Shown here piece by piece: positions 50,501-61,508 of a stretch of 64,000 nt of DNA (position 1 is its first letter; each line of letters starts with the position of its first letter). The notes beneath the pieces were generated by a model. It was not told the origin of the DNA. It did no database searches and worked only from the letters and a program-made list of their open reading frames with translations. The DNA is from Macrostomum lignano (Eukaryota), in NCBI GenBank assembly GCA_002269645.1, contig NIVC01000041.1, positions 186,001 through 250,000 on the forward strand, given 5' to 3'. Both the position numbers and the translations under genes were made by a program.

Positions 50501-51488
50501 TGAAAAAAAACATTAGAAACAGGTAGAGTAAAACAAAGATACTTTTAGTAAACTGTATTATCAACTTAGAAACTTTTAAAATATACTTAAAAAAGTACAC
50601 TAAAACACTAGCAAACTCTAATTTTTATTAATGTGAAAAAATTCAGCATTAGTACTTTCAGTAATGATTAAGTATTGTTGCTCTAAAAAGAGGAAATATA
50701 ATCTTACAAAGGCAATCCAGTGTTTCTTTTATTTTTTAACTTAATTTGCAGTTGATTAAGCACTAGGTTATCTTCTTGATTCAAAATATTTTGTTTTCTA
50801 GACTTTTTGTTAAAACTATGGCTATGGCTATGGGAACTATGGGAATATGATATTATTGGGGTCCCTGATAATATTGGTAATACGGAATATGGAGAATTGG
50901 AATAAGCCATAGTTTTGCTTATAGCTACGGCTATAATATATAAACCCTCTTTACAACAGAACACTACCTGAAACATGAATTCATTTTTTATTAGAATTAT
51001 CTGTTTGAAGGAAAAATATCTATTTGGAGAATATCTGTCGAGGAACTGGCACATAAAATTTAAGCCCGGTAAAATATTTGTAGAAAAAAATGCAACTTTT
51101 TGTTCCAAAATTTCCATGCAAAGATTTAATCCTAGGGCTAGGTGCCAAACATTGCTAAAATTATTTATTACTCAAACTACAAAGGATGCAAATGCAAATG
51201 ATTAATTTATCATTAATTTATCCTTAATTATTATCCAAATATCAATTGAGCACATTATATTGATCTTTATCTTTTATAATATATAATCTTAACAAGGCTA
51301 AAACATAGACACAGTCTATACTAAATGTTTAATATAGCTTAAGAATGCAAATAAATAAAAAAATTCTTACTTTCAGTAGATGGTAACACATCTTCAGCAG
51401 GTCTTTTTGGTATTTCAACTTCAATGCCTTCTTTGACTTTTGCCTTAGTAGTTTGGTTTTTATCTGGTTCACTATCAACTGATTGCAT
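45596..51488 (-). CDS. SIRT1: NAD-dependent deacetylase sirtuin-1, ~780 aa; 3 coding exons
   Basis: Exons 51488-51371 (MQSVDSEP...STE), 48591-48374 (KRPRL NLS-like) and 47602-45596, with consistent phases. Motifs: GAGVSVSCGIPDFRSRDGIYARL, QNIDTLE, HGSFATASC..C, CPKC, KPDIVFFGESLP, GSSLKVQP, and the SIRT1-type C-terminal regulatory segment FPPNKYVFPGAE. The two short upstream exons are less certain than exon 3. Confidence 0.9.
47671..48268. repeat. 31-32-bp minisatellite (GGGCCCTGGATTAGAGGCCTGTGATAGTGACT)n in SIRT1 intron 2
   Basis: Directly visible tandem array. Confidence 0.94.
49946..50310. repeat. Imperfect ~77-bp inverted repeat (arms 49946-50022 and 50234-50310), foldback/MITE-like, in SIRT1 intron 1
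   Basis: ATTCTTTACTCTGACACTATATTTAGCTTTAAAAATTTGTAAGCAGA... matches the reverse complement of ...TCTGCTTACAAATTTTTAAAGCTGAATATGGCATCAGAGTAAAGAAT with scattered mismatches. No clear TSD. Confidence 0.7.
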
Positions 51489-53061
51489 CTTTGAAAAATC
51501 TATCAATTTAATTTAAACACAGATTTATAAAACCAAAACAAAAGCCTATTTTAAATTGGTTTAGACTAGAGATAGGGGATAGGCCTAGAATGGAACTTAA
51601 CTTTAGTTTAGTACAGGCCTAGCTAAAAGAAAGGATTAGGCCTATTCTTGACTGAATATAGGCCTAGATGTTGAGACAGAATTAAGTTTGGCTTTTTTTG
51701 AACGCAAACTTTAGGACTAAATGAAATTTAGAATAATAGTAATGCTATCAATATTACGTTGCAGAATTCGATGTATAACTTAGTTAAATTATTTAACTTA
51801 TAAGGTTAAGGTTAGTTAAACTAGGTCTAAGACAATTTACATGTCTACAATAATTTTTATGGGCTAACTGACCGTGTCAAATAAAATGCACAATAATAGA
51901 ATGAATAAGTTGTCTCAATACAAACGACAGTCGACAATAGCCACAAGCAATTAAAAGAACACTTATTAATTAATGGCGCGGATGCGTGCGCGTTAAGCGT
52001 GTTTTATAAATAACTTTAAAGAGTTCGTTATTTAAAATGTTCAAATACATTAAACAAAAATATCTATCTATCATTGTTATATATGCAGTAAACTGGTAAA
52101 AAAATTAGTAAAAAGGTAATAAAATATAACTTTATATTGCGTCTAAATAAAATTAAGAAGCATATTTCTTCTTCTTTTTCGTGTATTTGTAATTTTGAGA
52201 GACTATTTTTCCTAGAACAAGTACTACATCATGTTGTTCTATCTCACTCGTTTCTCATTCACAGAATCCGTTTACTTTTATTTTAAATAAGTAGATGCAC
52301 CCTTCGATTATTGCTTGTAATTTTAAATTCACTGCTGTGCTTTTATCGTGTCATACTTAGATATTCCTATTGAACGATCTATTATTACTTTATATTACTT
52401 CATTGAGACAAGTCCAATGCAATGTCCTCTGCTTAAGGGTTAAAAGGTTTAAATGATTTGAATGAATGATAGTATTATTATTTATAGGCAATGTTTTTTG
52501 TTGCTTTTATTAGATCTAAGTAAATATTAGTTATCGATTTTGAGCTTGCTACTAATGAAATAAGACGTTTCCACTTATGATTTTCCACAGCTAGATTTCA
52601 TACTAACTGATTTGACTGGCTGCTCAGACCCTTATTTGTTTGAATTTATTTGCTTATTCTATTGTAGTTTGATAATGCTATTAACGTTAACTGATATCTC
52701 TAACTTTTCCATTTAGAGGCACTAAGTAAAAAACTTATAATATAAGAAGAATTTAAGTATATTTATAATAGCTCCATTTTTACTGATCAGAAGATTAGTA
52801 TTTACTGGTAATACTGTACCCAATAAACATCTAGCAAAGCAATCCTGTGCGCTATTGTACACTTTTGCTTTGAAATTGCATTAATTACAATGTAGAAAAA
52901 AGATTTTTATAATTTATGCCATACACATTAAAACGTAAAGGCCCATCTAATAGTTGTATAATACAGTAAATTCTGTTGTACAATTTAAATTGTTGCTATT
53001 TGTTTTTTGACTAAATTTCTAAAAACTTGATATTGATAATATTTTTTCAGCTCATTCTGAA

Positions 53062-53981
53062 ATGGAAGATTTGTATGCTGTTTTAGGAGTGGTTTCTTCA
53101 TCGACAGTAAGCCCTACTAAATTGTATTAAATAATTTATCACTTGTGTGTTAGCAACTTTTCATTTTTTTCAGACAGAACAAATCATAGCCGAGTACAGG
53201 GCTAAAGCCCTCCAACTTCATCCAGACAAAACTGACAGTGCCACCAAGTGTGAGTATACATCTGAATTTATTCCTTATGGATATTAATTCATTAAGTTTA
53301 TATACTATACCGATTGCTTCTCGAATTCAAATATTAGCCGAGCAGTTCAAGTTATTGTCTGTGGCGAAAAATGTGCTCACGGATCCACAGGAGCGCAAGC
53401 TCTACGATCAATGGTACAATTCCGGTAAAATTATGGGTGTAACCTTTGACCAATGGAAGCATTTAAAGATGCACACCAGTTTGCATTGGGCTACCACTGT
53501 GGATCGGACACCCATGGTTGATTCACCTGAGGCTGCTCACACTGATTCTGGCGGTCAGCAATCTGATAATGGTGAGTCATGCAGTTGTGAGCTTTTTTTT
53601 CAAGGAGGCAGCGTCGTCTGCCTTTTAGTCTTTCATAGCGCCTGGTGTCCATGGACTCTGATGTGGGAGTTCCCGAGCAGATGTGGGGTGATAGTCACTC
53701 TGACCTGGGAGTTCCCGAGCAGATGTGGGGTGATAGTCACTCTGACCTAGGAGTTCCCGAGCAGATGTGGGGTGGTAGTCACTCTGACCTGGGAGTTCCC
53801 GAGCAGACGTGGGGTGACAGAAACGAAAATGATGTTAATGTTCTTCCCCTTCAACTCACCCAATACCCCCTTGCTAGTGCACACTGTGGACGATGTGGCG
53901 GCCTACTGGCGCAGCACGCAGTTTAAGGACGCGGCCCCGGCGGGCTCGTTGTTAAGCAAGTTTCGGAACTACGAAATCTGA
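53062..53981 (+). CDS. DNAJC12: DnaJ homolog subfamily C member 12 (JDP1); 4 exons
   Basis: Exons 53062-53106, 53174-53249, 53338-53571, 53878-53981. J-domain: MEDLYAVLG...EQIIAEYRAKALQLHPDK...AKNVLTDPQERKLYDQW. Also TFDQW..LKMHTSLHW and the family-diagnostic C-terminus LLSKFRNYEI. Confidence 0.9.
53655..53820. repeat. 42-bp tandem repeat (~4 copies) in DNAJC12 intron 3
   Basis: CTCTGACCTGGGAGTTCCCGAGCAGATGTGGGGTGATAGTCA units. Confidence 0.9.
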
Positions 53982-54944
53982 CGGCAAATTTTCGGGATGA
54001 TTAAATCAAATAAACTGAGCATAATACTTTTTAAGTGTTTAATAATAACCGATCATCTTTTGATCCTGACATCTTTTCGTCTAGCAATAGATTTCAAGAA
54101 TAATACTAAAACTCGTATTTCTACCTACTGCAGCTTTGGTGTGAGTAGTATTTACTAGATTTTGATTGCATAATTAATCGATTATATTTGTATCATTACA
54201 TTCGATTGTTTTGAGCATGCTTTATTTCGCATCTTCTGCTTCCTGACATCGAATTCCAGAATGGGAGTCTCACTGTTTTCACTTGATATTAAAATTTTCA
54301 GCGACTTTTTCAAAGCACATTTATACAATATACCCGCTGCTCGATATACTCCTAAGCCATCAAAATTAGCTCTTATGTTTTAACCCAAAAAACGGTTCTT
54401 GTGTGCGTTTTATTTTTTTACGCACAAAAAATGTGCAAGCTTTGCTACTCGTGAGTAGTATTAAACCAACACTTATTCAATAGCATAAATTAAGAATTTA
54501 AGATTAGGAATAGCAGTACTAGGGAATGTATTAAAACCAGTAAGTTAAACAAAGAAAACATTCATTAAACAGCCATGGCTTAACCTGAATAAATGGTCAT
54601 TAAAAGAGCTGATTTGTGGCAAATCTTGGCCTATAAGCATGATGTGAGAGAGAAATGGGGGGAACAGACTGCATTCACAATTGGTATGGATGTGGTGAGA
54701 CCAAGGACAACTGAAAAGTGCTCAAGTAACATTAGAGATTTGAAATGCATTGGCAAGGTGGGTATTTTCCGTTGTGTTTTGTGCAAAAAACTTGATTTTG
54801 AGCCATCAATAAGTAAAATTGTGACAACATTGACTCGGCTTCAATACTATTTTACAGTCTTTATGGAATTATCCAATTGCTTGAATTTGTTTTGTCTATG
54901 GTGGTGAGCAGTTCTGCTGATACAGTCAGTTGGATTCCCCTGGA

Positions 54945-55985
54945 TGGATTCCCCTGGTCACAGACGCTGGATTCTCCAAGGTCATAGACACTGCATGGAT
55001 TCCCTTGGTCACAGACGCTGGATTCTCCAAGGTCATAGACACTGCATGGATTCCCCTGGTCACAGACCCTGGATTCTCCAAGGTCATAGACACTGCATAG
55101 ATTCCCCTGGTCACAGACGCTGGATTCTCCAAGGTCATAAACACTGCATGGATTCCCCTGGTCACAGACGCTGGATTCTCCAAGGTCATAGAAACTGCAT
55201 GGTTTCCCCTGGTCACAGACCCTGGATTTTCCAAGGTCATAGACACTGCATGGATTCCCCTGGTCACAGACGCTGGATTCCCCAAGGTCATAGACACTGC
55301 ATAGATTCCCTGGTCACAGACGCTGGATTCTCCAAGGTCATAGACACTGCATGGATTCCCCTGGTCACAGACGCTGGATTCTCCAAGGTCATAGACACTG
55401 CATGGATTCCCCTGGTCACAGACGCTGGATTCTCCAAGGTCATAGACACTGCATGGATTCCCCTGGTCACAGACCCTGGATTCTCCAAGGTCATAGACAC
55501 TGCATAGATTCCCCTGGTCACAGACGCTGGATTCTCCAAGGTCATAAACACTGCATGGATTCCCCTGGTCACAGACGCTGGATTCTCCAAGGTCATAGAA
55601 ACTGCATGGTTTCCCCTGGTCACAGACCCTGGATTTTCCAAGGTCATAGACACTGCATGGATTCCCCTGGTCACAGACGCTGGATTCCCCAAGGTCATAG
55701 ACACTGCATAGATTCCCTGGTCACAGACGCTGGATTCTCCAAGGTCATAGACACTGCATGGATTCCCCTGGTCACAGACGCTGGATTCTCCAAGGTCATA
55801 GACACTGCATGGATTCCCCTGGTCACAGACGCTGGATTCTCCAAGGTCATAGACACTGCATGGATTCCCCTGGTCACAGACGCTGGATTCTCCAAGGTCA
55901 TAGACACTGCATGGATTCCCCTGGTCACAGACGCTGGATTCTCCAAGGTCATAGACAATGCATAGATTCCCCTGGTCATGGACGC
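54945..55985. repeat. 51-bp minisatellite (GGATTCCCCTGGTCACAGACGCTGGATTCTCCAAGGTCATAGACACTGCAT)n, copy 1
   Basis: Tandem array with a ~408-bp (8-unit) block duplication. Same family as 59228-59815. Confidence 0.95.
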
Positions 55986-56205
55986 TCAATTCTCCAATGT
56001 GATAGAAGCTGGATTATTCAGGGTCATAGAAGCTGGAAATAACAATGTCTCTAATGATACCACATTCCCAAGCGACTCACTCATTGCTTTTCCTGAAGAT
56101 TGCGCACCCGTCAACACATGGCCGCAGCCGGGCTTCCATGGTTCTGGCGCGTGATTTCGGCGAGAAAATTCCATCGTAGCTTTTCGCCTCCAGAGTGGGT
56201 AGGAA
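55985..56205 (-). pseudogene. Diverged partial duplicate of CCR4 exon 2 with its splice donor and intron-2 start
   Basis: Reads PTLEAKSYDGIFSPKSRARTMEARLRPCVDGCAIFRKSN/GA|GTGAGT versus the gene's PTLEAKGYDGIFSPKSRARTMEARLRPRVDGCAIFWKNN/GA|GTGAGT (59864-60018). The acceptor and first ~10 codons are absent. Confidence 0.85.
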
Positions 56206-56352
56206 AAAGGATTCTCAACTTGATAGACAAAAAAATTAAGATCTACCAGCAGTGCTCATGTGGGTGCCCAGTCAAGCAAAACAAAAACAAGAACAAATTA
56301 TGGAAAACAGAGGAAACAACTTGGCGCAAATTAAATAAAATTCTATTTGTGT

Positions 56353-59300
56353 TTAGGAAGTACTCGATGCCGCTGAATCCTTTGTTGTTGCTGTGGTGGT
56401 CAGAGCTCGCTGTCGCGTGAGCTGCAGCCGAACCATGAGAGGGATGTGATCAGACGGCACGTACGCGTTTGGACAGCCGAGCACCGCTTCTGAGCGGAAC
56501 CAGTCAGCCAGGCCGTCCAGGCAGTCAAGCACTCGGAAATGCTGCCTGGCCGCGAATATGTAGTCTATGACGCCTTTGAAGTCATGTCTGCAATGACAAT
56601 GGAAAAGTATGAATCTCGGGCAAAAGTAACCTTTCATTAGAACCAGGAGCCTGTGTGCACTCTCGTGCACTTTAAGCGACATTGTCACACAACCGGCGAG
56701 AGGCATTACTGCCCATTCCACCGACTTATCTGAGCAGGCACACAAGCGTATACGTACGTACGCAGTCATACGCACAGGCACACACTCACAAAGGAGTGTA
56801 CAGCAGCCCTCACTTTATTTATCGTTAGGCATGTACACTTTACTGTGCCTTGGGGTTGGCCCTCTTTATAATGCTAAGTTTTGATGCTAAAATCGATCAT
56901 TTTACTTCAAGTATTTGATTGTTGAAAAGTAGAAATAACAGCTATTAGAAATCCTGTTCGCTCTCACGTGTAGTTTGTGAATGCGGTGTCCACTCCGCTG
57001 TAGCAGGACTGCAGGCCCAGCTGATGGAAAAACCGTTTGTCCTTCCCGTCTGGAGCAGCAACAGAGGAAGCTTCAGAATTTGTTGCTTCCGTCGATCCCG
57101 GGGCGGCAGGGGTGGCGGCGGTGGCAGCAGCAACGGCCGCGTCCTGAAGGCCATCTAGCGAGGGATCTTCGCCCAGCCGACGAAAGTCCGGGTGACTGCG
57201 CGGCACGGAGCCCAAGGTGATGAACTCGATGACACCTGGGGTTCGGGTGTGGGGTTTCGATTGGGAAATTTCTATGGAGAGAAAAGTCCGGATTAACTGT
57301 TGCAAAATACACGGGCGCGATTGGTGTACAGATTAATTTCTGTTCGATGCCCAACTGCATCAACTGGGATTACATCTGTGTGAGCACAGTGTACAACAGC
57401 TAGTACTCAGTAAATTATTGTCATCCCGTTATTTAACACTAATATAAGCCGAATACAGAAAATCGTTTGGATAGAGCTTTTAAAAATAAGCAAAATAACA
57501 CGACAAAATGTTTTTCACTACGGAGATTATAAACTACCCTCAAAAGTACCCAGAAAGCCTTTTACTGATCCACACAGATTCGCATAATAAACAAATTTTC
57601 GATGCGAAGGATAACAAGCTCCTTCACTCAGTCTGTAGCTTATTTGTTTTATTTAATTGGATAGTTTTCTTGTTACGAAAATAAGTGCTAAAAATGGAAA
57701 TAATCTGTTTATGGAACGCTGCTTGAAAGGAGCACCTGGTCTTTAAAGATTGTAAATAAACTGGTCTCGACTAGAGATGAGCGTCTTGGCGCAAGTTTTT
57801 CGACAAAATAACTTGAAAGCGTGTGCAGATTGAAAGAGCCGGCCGTCACCGACTTAGGCAGGTTAAGCAGATTTGGCTGCGGTTAGCATACTTAGCCACC
57901 CGGTAGAACGAGTGGACCCTGTCGTGATAGGATACCAGCTCAGAACCGCGGTAAAACACAGGATGAGAGCGGTCCCAGAATCTCAGAACAGTTACAAGCT
58001 GTAGCCCTTGGCTTCTGATTTTTACTCCCTTATCTGATGTTCGTGAAAAGCTTATAGCTGAGCCAGGATCTACTTGACGACCAAGATTTTGATAGCAAAG
58101 AACCACTGTGTAAATGTTTAAAAGGCTGACTTTTTTTATAAAAGTAAACTACAAGCTACATTTTTAAACAGATTTTAAAACAAAGACTACTTTTTCAACC
58201 TCTGGAGCTTAAAAACTTCAAAAATTGTAGGACTTAAAAAGTTTTCCCATACTGAAACTAGCATATAATTTTTTGTTTGTTCTAACAATATTAGTCGATT
58301 ACACCTGCCCTAATGGCCAGATGTGCAACCGACAGCTCAGCCGCAGCTATTGCGCGGCGCATCTGAAGGCTGCGTACGGCTGTTCAGTCCAAGGACTGGG
58401 GGGTCGCCACACGCACCCTCAATTACCCCAGCTAATGCTGGCACCCATTCTACAGCTGGGTGAGCTGAAGCAATGCAGAGTTAAGTGTCTTGCTCAAGGA
58501 GACAAATTGTTCCAGTGGGATCAGGAATCGAACCTCGACCTTCAAGTCGTGAGTCCGACGCTCTCACCACAAGCCTCAAGCCTAAGCCAAGCGACGCTCC
58601 AAACACCACCTAACCACAAGCAAGCTCTCACGTATTTTCCAAGAAACAATGCACCAAATTCTTCTACTTTAAGTAGGCCGTGCGCATATGAATGTCGTCT
58701 TACCTGACTGCGGCAGCGAGTTGAAATCGCCGCAGAGCAGCAACGGCAGGCAGTTTTTGTGTCGTCCAATAATGGCAGCCAGAGCCCCGGCCAGCAGCAT
58801 AGTCTGAATCAGCTTCACGTCCGGGTGCTGCGGGTCCCAGTGCACGTGCGAATTGCAGACCAGCACCAGCCGGCTGCTCGTTGAATTGTCTGATGATTTC
58901 GAAGCCCCGACAGTCGGCATCAGCACCGCAGCCAGGGCGATGTTGTCGCGCGGCGAGACTCGACTGAAGATCTCGGAGGAGGCCGCTGTATCCGCTGAAG
59001 GCTTTGGACTAGTCCAGCACTGCTCAAGGTACTGCTGGTTGAGCTCGATCACTTGCTTTTCCACTAGACTGAATCTGAATGAGGTGGGGGATGTTTTGCT
59101 GGGTCATTGGAAACTAATAGGACGTATTTATGGTCTTAGTGTCCGACAGATCTTGTATTGTAGATATCTGATCATTTTACTGTAAAAGTTCATTAAGGCT
59201 GAAGTTTCACACAGAAGTCATAAACACTGGATTCCCCTGGTCACAGACGATGAATTCATGAATTCTCCAAGGTCATAGACACTGCATGGATTCCCCTGGT

Positions 59301-61508
59301 CACAGACGATGAATTCTCCAAGGTCATAGACACTGCATGGTTTCCCCTGGTCACAGACCCTGGATTCTCCAAGGTCATAGACACTGCATGGTTTCCCCTG
59401 GTCACAGACCCTGGATTCTCCAAGGTCATAGACACTGCATGGTTTCCCCTGGTCACAGACCCTGGATTCTCCAAGGTCATAGACACTGCATGGATTCCCC
59501 TGGTCACAGACGATGAATTCTCCAAGGTCATAGACACTGCATGGTTTCCCCTGGTCACAGACCCTGGATTCTCCAAGGTCATAGACACTGCATGGTTTCC
59601 CCTGGTCACAGACCCTGGATTCTCCAAGGTCATAGACACTGCATGGATTCCCCTGGTCACAGACGATGAATTCTCCAAGGTCATAGACACTGCATGGATT
59701 CCCCTGGTCACAGACGATGAATTCTCCAAGGTCATAGACACTGCATGGATTCCCCTGGTCACAGACGCTGGATTCTCCAAGGTCATGGACGCCGGATTCT
59801 CCAAGGCCATAGAAGCTGGAAATAACAATGTCTCTAATATTACCACATTCCCAAGCGACTCACTCGTTGTTTTTCCAGAAGATTGCGCAGCCGTCAACAC
59901 GCGGCCGCAGCCGAGCTTCCATGGTTCTAGCGCGCGATTTTGGCGAGAAAATTCCATCGTAGCCTTTCGCCTCCAGAGTGGGTTGGAAGAACGAAAAGAA
60001 CTGCTCAGTTTCCACTTCCTATTTGGCAGAGAGAGATGTTAAATTCAGGGGTTATTTAAAAACAAATACCACGCAATATTTTGCTACGTTGGGTTGAATT
60101 TATAATAATAAATATTGAACAAAGGCCCTGGAAAAGACTGTCCAAAGAAGACGGAAAAGGGACTGTCGGAAGAAGATTTGGGAGGGGCTTTCGAGAGAAG
60201 ACCCGGGAGGGGCTGTCGGGAGAAGACCCGAGAGGGACTGTCGGGAGAAGACCCGGGAGGGACTGTCCGGAGAAGACCCGGGAGGGACTGTCGGGAGATG
60301 ACCCGGGAGGGACTGTCGGGAGATGACCCGAGAGGGACTGTCGGGAGAAGACCCGGGGGGGGGCTGTCGGGAGAAGACCCGGGAGGGGCTGTCGGGAGAA
60401 GACCCGGGAGGGACTGTCGGGAGAAGACCCGGGGGGGGGGGGCTGTCGGGAGAAGACCCGGGAGGGTCTGTCGGGAGAAGACCCGGGAGAGACTATCGGG
60501 AGAAGGCCCGGGAGGGACTGTCTGGAGAAGGCCCGGGAGGGACTGTCGGGAGAAGACCCGAGAGGGACTGTTGGGAGAAGACCAGGGAGGGGCTGTCGGG
60601 AGAAGACCCGGGAGGGACTGTCGGGAGAAGACCCGGGGGGGGCTGTCGGGAGAAGACCCGGGAGGGGCTGTCGGGAGAAGACCCGGGACGGACTGTCGGG
60701 AGAAGACCCGGGGGGGCTGTCGGGAGAAGACCCGGGAGGGTCTGTCGGGAGAAGACCCGGGAGAGACTATCGGGAGAAGGCCCGGGAGGGACTGTCTGGA
60801 GAAGGCCCGGGAGGGACTGTCGGGAGAAGACCCGGGAGGGGCTGTCGGGAGAAGACCCGGGAGGGTCTGTCGGGAGAAGACCCGGGAGAGACTATCGGGA
60901 GAAGGCCCGGGAGGGACTGTCTGGAGAAGGCCCGGGAGGGACTGTCGGGAGAAGACCCGGGAGGGGCTGTCGGCAGAAGACCCGGGAGGGACTGTCGGGA
61001 GAAGACCCGAGAGGGACTGTTGGGAGAAGACCCGGGAGGGGCTATCGGGAGAAGACCCGAGAGGGACTGTCGAGAGAAGACCCGGGAGGGGCTGTCGGGA
61101 GAAGACCCGGGAGGGACTGTCGGGAGAAGGCCCGGGAGGGGCTATCGGGAGAAGACCCGAGAGGGACTGTCGAGAGAAGACCCGGGAGGGGCTGTCGGGA
61201 GAAGACCCGGGAGGGACTGTCGGGAGAAGACCCGGGAGGGACTGTTGGGGATGACCTGGGAGGGGCTGTCGGAACGTCAGTGAATCACTCACTTGCAAGC
61301 ACAGCACCGAAGGCAGATGACAGCAGATGACCTCCATCAGGCCTTGCCGTCTGTATGACCAGGCCAGGGCCCAGTCGGGACAGTACCAGTAGGTCTTGGC
61401 AGAGGCATACTGGTCGCTGAGTATGTTGTAGCTCATCAGCGTGAATACGGTCTCATCAGTGTGGCTCGGCTGGGCCAGATTCCGCCAGCGCTGACGTGGC
61501 GGCTTCAT
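56353..61508 (-). CDS. CCR4/CNOT6-type EEP-family deadenylase, ~414 aa from the first visible ATG; 5 exons; no LRR seen
   Basis: Exons 61508-61293, 60018-59864, 59074-58704, 57235-56968, 56587-56353, with consistent phases. Motifs: FTLMSYNIL, YCPDWALAWSYRR, LQEVETEQ, FSPKSRARTM, VDGCAIF, HVHWDP..PDVKLIQT, CGDFNSLP.SGVIEF, AFTNYTHDFKGVIDYIF, PSDH. The start may be incomplete. Confidence 0.85.
56631..56812 (-). mobile_element. 5'-truncated copy of the SINE at 36132-36456, in CCR4 intron 4
   Basis: Reverse complement aligns with ~36272-36454 (shared translation ...MTAYV...[15 protein letters not shown]...). The tRNA head is missing. Confidence 0.8.
58290..58600 (-). mobile_element. tRNA-derived SINE with CORE-like domain in CCR4 intron 3
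   Basis: Minus strand: tRNA-like head with B-box GGTTCGATTCC, followed by TCCTTGAGCAAGACACTTAACTCTGCATTGCTTCAGCTCACCCAGCTGTAGAATGGG. This resembles the CORE/MIR consensus CCTTGGGCAAGTTACTTAACCTCT...CATCTGTAAAATGGG. No TSD found. Confidence 0.7.
59228..59815. repeat. 51-bp minisatellite, copy 2, in CCR4 intron 2
   Basis: Same unit as 54945-55985, with a private GATGAATTC variant. Confidence 0.95.
60125..61272. repeat. 25-bp G-rich minisatellite (GGGACTGTCGGGAGAAGACCCGGGA)n filling CCR4 intron 1
   Basis: The array starts ~20 bp after the exon-1 donor (in minus orientation). Confidence 0.95.

Noticed and set aside
53655-53820. kappaB-like GGGAGTTCCC in each 42-bp unit, and 6-bp palindromes in many repeat units
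   Set aside because: A short palindrome is expected by chance in a large fraction of 20-60-bp units, and there is no supporting evidence of function.
45596-53981. Using the Drosophila Sirt1/DnaJ-H adjacency as support for SIRT1-DNAJC12 synteny
   Set aside because: As I recall, DnaJ-H is a different (class A) J-protein, not the DNAJC12 ortholog, so it is not evidence.
36134-58600. tRNA genes at the B-box motifs (36188 and ~58525)
   Set aside because: Neither folds convincingly into a cloverleaf, and both continue into dispersed-repeat bodies, so they are SINE heads.
39348-61330. Repeat-derived ORFs in the 45-, 51- and 25-bp arrays, including the 474-aa ORF 60084-61508 read as one protein
   Set aside because: They translate minisatellites. 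The CCR4 ORF is spliced at the CAA|GTGAGT donor (61293), which restores LQ-EVETEQ.
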